Below, piece by piece: positions 34,401 to 42,519 of a stretch of DNA of 43,585 nt. The position numbers and the translations under genes were made by a program. The notes below the pieces were generated by a model that was not told the DNA's origin, did no database searches, and saw nothing but the letters and a program-made list of their open reading frames with translations. The stretch is taken from positions 1 through 43,585 of the IMG/VR virus record IMGVR_UViG_3300032306_000120; one strand, given 5' to 3'. The DNA is from a virus (lineage: Duplodnaviria > Caudoviricetes). Each line of letters starts with the position of its first letter. Position 1 is the first letter of the stretch.

Positions 34401-34748
34401 GGCCGCGCTGCCGGCGGTCCACAGGTAGCCCGTGTCCTTGTCGTCGCTCATCCGCTTGGCGGCGTTCCACGCCTGCTCTTCGAGAGCCTTGGCGGCGGAC
34501 TCATCCTGCACGTCCTGCAACTCCTGCTGCCTCTGTTGCAGTTCGAGTTGCTGCTGCTGCCGCATGCGATCCTGCCTAGCGAACTCGGCGTCCATGCGCT
34601 GAAGACCTGACCCCAGGCCTTGCAATGCCTCGCCGTATTGCGCGATCTGTTCGGGGGCAAAGTTAGGGACAGGGGTCACAGTCTGGGCCTGGAACAGGTT
34701 AGCTCCGCCCATGTCCTGCGACGTGAAGCTAGGAATGCGTGGCATCAC
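31494..34748 (-). CDS. Internal virion protein (T7 gp15 position)
   Basis: 1084 aa, helical and Q/A/E/K-rich, MPRIP start, GYLWTAGSAAVD. Coupled to both neighbours. Confidence 0.75.
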   Translation of the reverse strand: MMPRIPSFTSQDMGGANLFQAQTVTPVPNFAPEQIAQYGEALQGLGSGLQRMDAEFARQDRMRQQQQLELQQRQQELQDVQDESAAKALEEQAWNAAKRMSDDKDTGYLWTAGSAAVDAYDPTLQQLDKQLEEIAKQTKNPMQQKLLQPALVKLRDHFVGKWELHAGKEMRANAKVQATARLERFSEMASQNWQGWENENDATYGPNTYRDSRAQIVNETAALAKLEGITPDSPAFQSMLAKNMQEMHKTTVVNILKEGDPAQAQRYASRFLDEGELDAKTYGATRTQARAADDKTRSTAIGLSLWQNRGSLTGDQLIADLPNRIESKELRIEDIDEVRKTITEQQTTADNIKNQQLAADIDSARMWFRSQQQHDLQPDIAGFRRQHPEIAGRIETNGGFEKLEDLETKARQPGWAFSPVAVASLERMRADGKLADQDLSKFTIDWNKLLNAEQMKYWKDEIRKQQEARGKSDYKPELSEHDHAWVKWLNARPADKKAWEEGKNATDSNAKAKAAFGALELSRQRLFAMMDERVTEADAARAQMGKPAMTRKERDEMVGNMLEDFQLTGIDKKTQLSFDEMDKMFQMDDKDRLMATANLHVTIDNGEAIRLVDMPKDERLVAALMQEVGYSDYTSIRDVAQLWTELGRPATLEVLYKSNDQNTPMPAAPFGLSGPAALDAMGDSTEGLAQMLQRRADTRAAEIRSREGIELLDEKAWLESQMRDDRLLTRDGNPMNPTAAYAEAQARLVAAQKQHAEIVTQLTASGPNVAAPTDATLTDMQKAAADREKAYGYTLDMAGGLQQRAMQAVMLAQQVLAQTGEEQYLSDQQKMALQKQKEQRSAELLSFAATAVNHSKNLQEQVETFAVENLQMFSKAGILDSEDLLFAGQRIAATADGSMPSAQVTAPEWWENPNDPQYRQGMAGRLRVGARIDAKPRQAQVARTMHDELLQSARVWRDVALSYYPIEKLASMSQLESQHHAWLIEHAQKAEAKAKSLRKKYQGRWDMPEKERQAPQAKQEHDKLRKASKMARESAEMYYPAQDGEAGLTDNQKIHLQKLVEQAQIYERKADDLSSTYSDYWSGK

Positions 34749-35374
34749 AGACCTCCCGCAGCGCGCAACGACCTACCGCTTCGACCGACTCCTGGCCCAA
34801 CAGCTAGGTCGCCCTGCGCTACCTCGGGACGTTGTGAGTAGGCCCAGTTGGCTGCCATCTGCCCAGCAGATCCAAGCAGCGATCCCATCAACGCTTGCCC
34901 CGGCATGATCGCCTTGCCGGCCATGCGCAACCCAGACGCCTGCACGCCTGCCATCAGGCCTTGGTTCCGAATGTCCGTGCGCTGCGTCATCATCGACTCC
35001 CGCTGGCGCACAGCCTGCGCGTTCATCGCCATGGCAGTTGCTTGCTTGTCGTATTCCATCGACGCCATGACCTCGGCCTCGCTGCCAACGCCGGCCTGGA
35101 GACCGCGCGCGGCCATCGCTGCCTTGGCCTGCTGCTTGGTTCGACCCATCTGGGCAGTCGCTCGGCCGATCTCCTTCTGCGCCTCTTGGAACATCACCAC
35201 CGCTTCGCGGCCGACGATGCGCTGGTTCAGCTGCGCCATGCGCTGCTGGTATTCCAACGCGGAAGCCTGCTGCTTCATCGTCAGCTTTTGCGATCGGGCA
35301 CCGTAGAAGGCACCAATCGCTGAGTTGACGGCACCTACGGCTTGAATCGCCAACGCTGCTGCTTGAACGCTCAT
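34745..35374 (-). CDS. Internal virion protein (T7 gp14 position)
   Basis: Gly/Ala-rich hydrophobic ends and KAAMAARGLQAGVGS motif. Confidence 0.78.
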   Translation of the reverse strand: MSVQAAALAIQAVGAVNSAIGAFYGARSQKLTMKQQASALEYQQRMAQLNQRIVGREAVVMFQEAQKEIGRATAQMGRTKQQAKAAMAARGLQAGVGSEAEVMASMEYDKQATAMAMNAQAVRQRESMMTQRTDIRNQGLMAGVQASGLRMAGKAIMPGQALMGSLLGSAGQMAANWAYSQRPEVAQGDLAVGPGVGRSGRSLRAAGGL

Positions 35375-35375
35375 C

Positions 35376-38300
35376 TCATCCTCCGATGTTGGTTTCGACG
35401 GTGATGCCCAAGACGGTCAAAGGCAGAGCCGTGGTTTGCGTCATCCAGATCTGTCCGGTCTTCTGCCACGCCGGCGTCACGAGCATCTGCACCTCTTCGG
35501 TGCGTAGCCCTGTCTTGTTGCTTTGGTCGAGCACATGCGACTCCGTCTCCGTTGGACCGATGCGCATGCCCGCGCTCTTGTAGAGCTTGACCCACACGTT
35601 CGAGACGTTCTTCGTGCGGCCCTGGCCTGCTCCGTCGATCTGCATCATCACGGGCAACGTGACGAGACGGCTCGTGTAGCCAAGACCGATGCACGCGCGC
35701 GTGAGACGCTCGGCAGTTGTCACGAGGCCTGCACCCGATGCGGTCGCAGATGCCTGCACCTTGCCGTCGCCAAAGACCTGCACGAGCGTGCTGGGCAGGT
35801 GCGGGACGCTGAACGTGTTGCGCGCCCATGCCCACGACGTCGTCGCGGTTGCCTGCAACGCGGTCGGCAACGTCGAGATCAGCGTGCCCTGCACCGACGT
35901 GCCTGACGTGTAGGTGGTGACCAGGATCCCGTAGGTTCCGGTCGCCGCGATGATCCGCACCTCGCTGCCTACGTCGCCGACGACGAACGTAGAGGCTGAT
36001 GCTGCGACGGTCACCGTCGCGCCGGCAACGTAGCTAGCCCCGCTGACGGACACCGTGGTCGCCGTGGTGTTGCGCAGGTCGAACGTCTTGAACGCGTCGA
36101 GAAACGTGCAGTCGGCCAGATCGGATAACTCCAACGCTGCCATGCGCTCGATGTGCCGGCGCGTCACACCGTTGACGGTGCGCTTGACCACAGCGTAGAC
36201 GCGGTCTTCCTCGCCTTCAGGGATGCAGCACACCGACTCGAACGTGCCGTCGGTTGCGTGCTGGTGCCATGCACCGACCTGCTCTTCGGGGATGTAGGTA
36301 AGCCCAAGCAGCTTGCCGCTGGTGCTGACGAACCACGCGACCGGCGAAGGAGCTTTGCCGTAGGCCAGATCGACGATCTCGTATTTGTCGAACAAGTGCG
36401 TCGCGCGCAGGCTCATGTCGCCCGTGCGGAACCCGTTGGCGTTGGCGTCGTAGCCAAGCTCGCGAACGTGACCACCGCGTTCCGCGCAGAACAGCACGGT
36501 TGAGTTGATGATCGCCGGCTGCACGTTGTTCGCGCCGATGTAGCTTTGCGGCCTGACCGCAAGCGACGTCGGGGTCATCACGTCGGTGTTCACGCTGGTC
36601 ACGCGCCACTCGCTGCTGTTGGTAAGCATCACGAGGTTGCCCAGCGGAAGCAGGTGCCGCACTCGATTGCGCTCGCGCGCGGCCACGCGGAACTTGATGC
36701 GATCCGTATCTTGGCTTGGGAACGTGTAGGCCAAGTCAGACTCCGTGCCGCTGCGCGTCATGTAGATCGTCTGAGGCTCTGCGTTGCTGCCTGAGAAGCA
36801 GCGGCGTTGCTCGAAATACGCAACAGCCCCTGGATACGCATCGGTTGCGTTGAGGTCGGCGGCATCGCGCAGCGGAGGAGTCTGCCCCATGTCGGGTGCG
36901 ATGCGGTCGTCGACGAACGTGTGCGCCTTTCGATACAGGCACGGCAACAGGTTGGTCGGCGCGTTGTTGACCGAGTTGGTGATCTTTGCGCCGCCTACAG
37001 TTGCCTTGATGTAGAACTCGTTGTTGGTCAGCTTCTCGACGAAATACACAGCCGTTGGCGTGACCGACGTGGGGAACTGCCCTGCGCCGCTCAGGCCTGG
37101 GATCGGATAGACGCGCACCATGTCGTTTGTCGCAAACCCATGATTCGACTTGGTGATGAGTAGATCGGTAACTCCGACACTGACGTTGCTGAAATCGGCA
37201 TTTACTTCTTGCGTAGCCGAGTCTTCCACTTGCCCGATGTATCCGAACAAGCCGTTCTGCTTCTTGTAGACGTTGTAGCGCAGCGCGCCTGGGACCGAGA
37301 TCCAACCAAACGTGTTGAGTGCGCCGGCAACGAGCAGCAAGTTGGTGATTGACGTCGCTGCGCCGATCTGGCTTTCGACTCCGTCTGCCGCGATCGACGT
37401 CAACGCGTAAGTGTTGACGAGGTCCGTCGTCTGGTCGGCATACTGCGCATAAGCCGCAGAGAACGTGACGCTGCTCGTGGCAAGGATCTTCAGGCCTGTC
37501 GTGTAATACGTCAGGGCAAGATGCTTCAGCTGTGTTGTGTTGATCTCGTGCACCGTGTAGAACCCATCTGGGACTCCGCACGAAGACACTCCCGACACAT
37601 ACACAGGATCCCCAGGCTCGAAGTTGTGGTTGGTCAGGCACTCGAAATAGGTGTTGCCTGAAACGATCTTGTCGATGTTGACCGTCTGCCCAGGAGTCGC
37701 AACCGTCTTGGCGATCGTAGGCGCGGCAACCGTGTCCGTGAACGACACGTTGGCAAGCACATACCTGTTGGCTGCGTAGCGACGGAGCTCGCGCACGGGA
37801 TGGCTTGGATGCACGAGCGTCAGCACGTCGTTGCTCTGCGTGTAGTGCAGGTCGAACAGCTGGTCCGCCGTGTAGGTCGTCGGGATCTCGTAGGCTGTCG
37901 AAGAGACCGCAGTCCATCTCGCCGGCTCAGACGCAGGAGCCGTCGATTGCGCGGCGTGTTCTTGGATGCAGTAGTAGTAAACGCCCGACGAGACGACGAT
38001 GTCGCCGACTCGGTAGACGCGCGCCATGCGCACGTTCGACCACGACGCCAGCGAGTTGCTGACGGTCAGCAGGACGTTGCTCGTTGGGGTCAGCGACAGG
38101 TTGAACCCCGAAGCCGTGCGGTTGCGGACGTAGTAGATCGTGTCGACCTTCAGGTAGTCGTCTGTGCCGCCCGACACATAGCGCACCTTGGGAAGTGTCG
38201 TGATCGTCGGTAACGGATCGCCGCCGCCCCAGGTGAACCCGTAGAGGCTGTAGGGCAGCACCACAGGTTCTCCGTTTGTCAGCGTGTTGCCTGACCAGTT

Positions 38301-38681
38301 GAAGAACAGCGGGGTGTTGATGACGTCGCCCGTGTACCACGAAGGCGATGCCGGCACGGACAAGCGGCTCTGCCACGTCGTGCTGCCAGGGGCGACCGTT
38401 GCTCCATCGCTGTGGAACCGCGCGTAGCCAGCACCCATCTCGACGACGAGGCTGTCATCTACAGCAGCCGAGAACGGGATCAGCCGAACAACACCATCGC
38501 TCTTCGTGTTGTTGACGTATTGCAACCCCGGCCTGCGCGCTGCCGGCCCGTGCGGGAGCACCAGCATGTTGCTGATCTCAGCGGCTCCTGCTTGGTAGCG
38601 CGTGTCGTCCAACCGACCGAACATGTCCGGTGCGATCTCGCCACCGTTGAACGCTCGACTGTAGATGCGGGTGTTGGGCAT
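35376..38681 (-). CDS. Tail tubular protein B / nozzle (T7 gp12/Bbp13-like) with inserted domains
   Basis: Motifs AFNGGEIAP, N..VLPHGPAARRPG, RLIPF, YTQSNDVLTLVHPSHP, YPGAVAYFEQR and EEQVGAWHQH. Confidence 0.92.
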   Translation of the reverse strand: MPNTRIYSRAFNGGEIAPDMFGRLDDTRYQAGAAEISNMLVLPHGPAARRPGLQYVNNTKSDGVVRLIPFSAAVDDSLVVEMGAGYARFHSDGATVAPGSTTWQSRLSVPASPSWYTGDVINTPLFFNWSGNTLTNGEPVVLPYSLYGFTWGGGDPLPTITTLPKVRYVSGGTDDYLKVDTIYYVRNRTASGFNLSLTPTSNVLLTVSNSLASWSNVRMARVYRVGDIVVSSGVYYYCIQEHAAQSTAPASEPARWTAVSSTAYEIPTTYTADQLFDLHYTQSNDVLTLVHPSHPVRELRRYAANRYVLANVSFTDTVAAPTIAKTVATPGQTVNIDKIVSGNTYFECLTNHNFEPGDPVYVSGVSSCGVPDGFYTVHEINTTQLKHLALTYYTTGLKILATSSVTFSAAYAQYADQTTDLVNTYALTSIAADGVESQIGAATSITNLLLVAGALNTFGWISVPGALRYNVYKKQNGLFGYIGQVEDSATQEVNADFSNVSVGVTDLLITKSNHGFATNDMVRVYPIPGLSGAGQFPTSVTPTAVYFVEKLTNNEFYIKATVGGAKITNSVNNAPTNLLPCLYRKAHTFVDDRIAPDMGQTPPLRDAADLNATDAYPGAVAYFEQRRCFSGSNAEPQTIYMTRSGTESDLAYTFPSQDTDRIKFRVAARERNRVRHLLPLGNLVMLTNSSEWRVTSVNTDVMTPTSLAVRPQSYIGANNVQPAIINSTVLFCAERGGHVRELGYDANANGFRTGDMSLRATHLFDKYEIVDLAYGKAPSPVAWFVSTSGKLLGLTYIPEEQVGAWHQHATDGTFESVCCIPEGEEDRVYAVVKRTVNGVTRRHIERMAALELSDLADCTFLDAFKTFDLRNTTATTVSVSGASYVAGATVTVAASASTFVVGDVGSEVRIIAATGTYGILVTTYTSGTSVQGTLISTLPTALQATATTSWAWARNTFSVPHLPSTLVQVFGDGKVQASATASGAGLVTTAERLTRACIGLGYTSRLVTLPVMMQIDGAGQGRTKNVSNVWVKLYKSAGMRIGPTETESHVLDQSNKTGLRTEEVQMLVTPAWQKTGQIWMTQTTALPLTVLGITVETNIGG

Positions 38682-38683
38682 GT

Positions 38684-39691
38684 TCAGCGTGCGGTGATCC
38701 AGGAGGCCTGCATCTCAGGGTGAATGCGGCGCACGGCCGAGTCCGATGCAGTTGCCTTCGCGGCATACATCGTCGACATCTGCAAGCACCGCTTGCTCTC
38801 GTTCGCGCCGACGTCACCCTTCAAGATCGCACCGGCCAACATGCTCGCGAGATGCCATGCGACAGCCATCTGGAACAGCGGCGGGAACGTATGCGTCTCG
38901 ACCACATACTCCGTGTAGAGCATGATGGCGTTCTCGACGTTGCAATACAGGCGCATCGTGCCGGTGCTGTCGCGCTGCACGGTGAAGTTCTCGACCTGCG
39001 CGTAGTCCGTCGGCGACTCGTCAGGCATCACGGCGATCGCCTTCAGGAAGTGCCTCGGCAACTGGTAGTAGTATTGCCACTCTGCGCAATCGCACACCGT
39101 CGCCTCGTGCTCGTGTTCGTGCCCAGGCTCCGCGCCGACAGGGGCGCATTCCGAGCGTCGCGTCGCGAACGCCCAGTTGTGCATCTCCAGCGTCGACCGC
39201 AACGCCATGGGGTAGAACTTGGCGCAGAGCTCGCCCTGCACGCTGGCATCAGGCGGGTTGATGCTGGTGACCCGTGCTTGGTCGCCGATGAAGCTCAAGG
39301 CCATGTTGCAGATGTCGATGTCCGAGACCTTGTTGGTCTCGCAGCTGTCGACGAACAGCCAACGACCCATCGCCAGCACGAGGTTGCGGCCGATGTTGTC
39401 GACCGCGTGCAGGACGTAGTAGTAGCGACCGAGATCCGTTGCGGACTCGATGCTGTCAAGCTCGAACTCGACGATGCCGGCGGGTCCGTTGGTCACGGTG
39501 CCGGTCAAGCTGAAGACCTGCGTCGTTGCGTCTGGCGGGTTCTCAAGCGTGTCGACGTTCAGCAGGAACGTGTAGCCGGTGACATCCAGCGGCTCCTTGT
39601 TGCTGCCGTGCAACGTGATCGTCCACGGGTTCTCGTCGCCCTGGTGGATGAAGATGTCGAAGTTGGCAGGACAGATGCTAAGAACGGGCAT
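38684..39691 (-). CDS. Tail tubular protein A / head-tail adaptor fused to an N-terminal BppU-like Ig domain
   Basis: Adaptor motifs SDIDICNMALSFIG, HNWAFATRR, WQYYYQLP, FPPLF and SWITAR. The extra N-terminal ~115 aa reads IHQGD...PLDVTGY...GRYYY. Confidence 0.82.
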   Translation of the reverse strand: MPVLSICPANFDIFIHQGDENPWTITLHGSNKEPLDVTGYTFLLNVDTLENPPDATTQVFSLTGTVTNGPAGIVEFELDSIESATDLGRYYYVLHAVDNIGRNLVLAMGRWLFVDSCETNKVSDIDICNMALSFIGDQARVTSINPPDASVQGELCAKFYPMALRSTLEMHNWAFATRRSECAPVGAEPGHEHEHEATVCDCAEWQYYYQLPRHFLKAIAVMPDESPTDYAQVENFTVQRDSTGTMRLYCNVENAIMLYTEYVVETHTFPPLFQMAVAWHLASMLAGAILKGDVGANESKRCLQMSTMYAAKATASDSAVRRIHPEMQASWITAR

Positions 39692-39693
39692 GC

Positions 39694-41781
39694 TTAGATC
39701 CTCACCCAGACAGCCTCAGAAGGGACGCCTTGGTCCGAAATGGCGAACAGCATGTAGTAGCCGTCTGGCAACAGGCTGTCGCTAGCCGGCAACGTCACGG
39801 AACGCTGCGTTGCAGACACGACCGACTGCGTTGTCGGCTTGTGGTATCGCTGGCAGAAGTCGATGTGGTGTGTCGCCGATCCTGGTGCCATCAGCACGAC
39901 GTGCGACACCGATCGGTATTGCGTGAGCGGATCCCACGACACGGTGTAGGCAGTGCTGCGCGCCAACACATAGGTTCCATCCGCGTCCTGCGTCACTCCG
40001 CCGCCGCTGATCGCAAGGTTCTCAGGACGACGGAAGACGACCAGCGGGTCAGGGTTTGGTCGCAGGTATCGGGGCGACCACATCTCGTAGTCGTAGCCAG
40101 GATGATCCGATGCACTTGGGTTGTGGACGTGCGATGGATGGTTCTCTGTGACGGTTTGCGTCGAAGCATCACCACCACCAACAAACACCTGCGACGTCGG
40201 CATCAGCAACGCTGTGCTGTGGTAATCGTGGAACGCTTCTGCCGGAGACCACGACAGCAACTCCCAGCTTGCGTTCCAACCGGACGTCGCATGCCGAAGC
40301 AACTCCGTCTTGGTGTGGAACTGCCCGTTGAAGGTTGGCGGGATCGTTGCGTTGTTAGTTTGCTTCTGCGCGCCACCGAACAGGTAGAGATCCGCGTCGG
40401 GAGTCATCACCAAGTTGCCTTCCGTTCGTGGAAGGTTCATGGCAGGGAACGTCGTCCACTGCGCAGCAGCGGTTGACGCGTTGATGATCTCGCATGTCCC
40501 GGTGGTTTCGGACAGCAAGTCCGTCGGTGGGATGCCACGGTAGTGCTCGCCGCCTGTGCGGATCACTCGATCGTTGACTCCATCGTGGTTTGGAGCCAGC
40601 ACTGCCATGGAGTAGACACGCTCAAGGTTGAGCAGCCCGCCCTGCATCGTTGCTCCGATCGTGTTGGTCCAGACTCCAGGGTTGGTTGCGTGGTTCGCCA
40701 GAGTTGCGGACTGCCATGCCATTCCCGACATGAACATGCTCCCGTTCGAGAGCAGGTGCATGTGGGGGTAGAAGAAGAACCAGTCGTCGAGCACGTCGGC
40801 AACTGTTGTTGCAGCTGACCCTGGACCTGCAAAGACCTTAGGGATGACGGGACCGCGCGTGTCGTATGCGATGCCGCTTGTCGTTGCGGTCGGCGATGCG
40901 GTGATCGCGATGGCTTCGTAGTTGTTCCATGCAGGGTTCTGCGACGGCTGGTCGCTCTGCATGTTGTTCTGACCACCGAAGATCAGCACGCCACAACGTG
41001 AGCCGTTCCATACTGAGCCAGCCACGTTGGAGAACTTCTGCGTGAGCTTCGGTGTCGGATACCACCGCTTGTAGTGCATGTTTTCTGCACGCACCCATGC
41101 GCCAGCATCGAAGTAGTGCTTGTCGGTCGTCGTGTTCCAGGTGTGCTGGTAGTTGCTACCGCTTTCGTTGCGGTAGTAGATCGATCCGTCCAACGCTGGG
41201 TTCCACACCCACAGGCCTTGGTATGCACCGAACAAGAAGTTGTCTCGCTCGTATTCGTTGCCGCCGGCGATGATCAAGTCGCCGTTGTCGCTCCAGCAGT
41301 GGCCCGCGCAGAACAACGATGGATACCACTCGGTCGCTCCATCGATGCGCACAGGCCCGATCGGCAGCAGGTAGTTACGGCAACGGATAGCTGCGTTTGG
41401 ACCCGTGTCGAGGATGACCAACGCTTGCCAAGACCACCATGCCTTGCCGTCAACGATCGGGCAGCGAGCGATGACCGGCAACGTGTTCCACAACAGCAGG
41501 CGTCCTTGATGCCGGCCTTTGGGGATCAACGACGTGTGCGTTGCTTTGAAGCGAGTGGGAAACCCCCACGTTGCAGTGATGGCAAATGCACCGCTTCCGA
41601 TCGTCCCGGTCCAGAACTCGATCCCAGGCCACGCAATGGTTGGATCGGTTTCCTGAGAATCGTTGTTCCAGCCTTCGTCGAAGTAGCCAACACGCGACGG
41701 GTTCGCCGACATGTCGAGGCTGCCGTAGTTGGTGAAGAAGTCGCCGTCTCGATCGGGCTGGATGACGTCGATGTTCGACAT
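39694..41781 (-). CDS. Galactose/glyoxal oxidase-like copper radical oxidase (AA5-type propeller plus C-terminal Ig domain)
   Basis: LFCAGH (cofactor Cys), RWYPT (cofactor Tyr), YHSTALLMP (Tyr/His Cu ligands), SATHHIDFCQR (His ligand), and the C-terminus LPDGYYMLFAISDQGVPSEAVWVRI. Confidence 0.88.
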   Translation of the reverse strand: MSNIDVIQPDRDGDFFTNYGSLDMSANPSRVGYFDEGWNNDSQETDPTIAWPGIEFWTGTIGSGAFAITATWGFPTRFKATHTSLIPKGRHQGRLLLWNTLPVIARCPIVDGKAWWSWQALVILDTGPNAAIRCRNYLLPIGPVRIDGATEWYPSLFCAGHCWSDNGDLIIAGGNEYERDNFLFGAYQGLWVWNPALDGSIYYRNESGSNYQHTWNTTTDKHYFDAGAWVRAENMHYKRWYPTPKLTQKFSNVAGSVWNGSRCGVLIFGGQNNMQSDQPSQNPAWNNYEAIAITASPTATTSGIAYDTRGPVIPKVFAGPGSAATTVADVLDDWFFFYPHMHLLSNGSMFMSGMAWQSATLANHATNPGVWTNTIGATMQGGLLNLERVYSMAVLAPNHDGVNDRVIRTGGEHYRGIPPTDLLSETTGTCEIINASTAAAQWTTFPAMNLPRTEGNLVMTPDADLYLFGGAQKQTNNATIPPTFNGQFHTKTELLRHATSGWNASWELLSWSPAEAFHDYHSTALLMPTSQVFVGGGDASTQTVTENHPSHVHNPSASDHPGYDYEMWSPRYLRPNPDPLVVFRRPENLAISGGGVTQDADGTYVLARSTAYTVSWDPLTQYRSVSHVVLMAPGSATHHIDFCQRYHKPTTQSVVSATQRSVTLPASDSLLPDGYYMLFAISDQGVPSEAVWVRI

Positions 41782-41812
41782 GGTCGTTGTGCGCGCAGCT
41801 GCGTTGAAGGCT

Positions 41813-41842
41813 GCCGCGCGCCGCGATCGACGCGGCGGCGGC
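41813..41842 (-). terminator. GC-rich hairpin after the capsid/cement genes
   Basis: GCCGC-G-CGCCGCG-atcga-CGCGGCG-GCGGC immediately after the stop of 41842..42030. Poor U-tract. Confidence 0.4.
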
Positions 41843-42030
41843 TATTGCGGACTCGGAGCCGCCGGCAGCGGCTTCGGTTGCTTCTTGGTCTGCACCGATG
41901 GTTGCGGCTTCTCTGCTTCGGGGAGAGCCTCGACGGACAAGGGCAAAGGCCCGTCCATCTCAAACTGATCCCCAGGCAGCCGGAGACCCCCGGCTGCCCA
42001 GCAGAGCATTCTTGCTTTGACCTTGGTCAC
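41842..42030 (-). CDS. Small hypothetical protein following the cement gene
   Basis: 62 aa, KVKA...LRLPGDQFEM pattern, GTGA overlap. Confidence 0.6.
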   Translation of the reverse strand: MTKVKARMLCWAAGGLRLPGDQFEMDGPLPLSVEALPEAEKPQPSVQTKKQPKPLPAAPSPQ

Positions 42031-42506
42031 AGCGACGGGACAGTCCAGCCGCTCGGGTAGAACAGCTTGCCATCAGCGAGGTGCGGCACGAGGTTGACGA
42101 TGACCGATGCAGAGGTCAAGGTCGCGCCAGTGGACACGCACTGCAATCGCAGGTAGCGCAAGTCAGGGTTTGATCCCGAGCTAAAGTTGTTGAAGATCGC
42201 TGGAGTGATCATCGTTGCCACGGTCGATCCAGCAGCGGACACCGCGCCAAACGACGCACCGCACAGGTATTGCTCGTTAGCAAGTGCGCCAGATGACGAC
42301 GAGCTGATCCACAGGTTGACGGCAAGGCTCGCCCCAGCACCAACCATTGCAGCCGTCAGCTGAAAGACAGCGTAGATCGGTTGACCTTCGCCAAGGTTGC
42401 GCTCGTTGCGGATGTCGATCGCATCTGCGCTGATTTGCGCGTTGGCGTTGCCAGTCAGCAACGTCGCTGGCGACTGCGTGAGTGAAGCAAAAGCATCAGT
42501 AATCAT
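42027..42506 (-). CDS. Capsid cement/decoration protein (Bbp16-like)
   Basis: MITDA...SADAIDI...RNLGEGQPIY...LRYLRL. Immediately follows the MCP, with a GGAG SD. Confidence 0.78.
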   Translation of the reverse strand: MITDAFASLTQSPATLLTGNANAQISADAIDIRNERNLGEGQPIYAVFQLTAAMVGAGASLAVNLWISSSSSGALANEQYLCGASFGAVSAAGSTVATMITPAIFNNFSSGSNPDLRYLRLQCVSTGATLTSASVIVNLVPHLADGKLFYPSGWTVPSL

Positions 42507-42519
42507 GTTCGTCTCCTGA

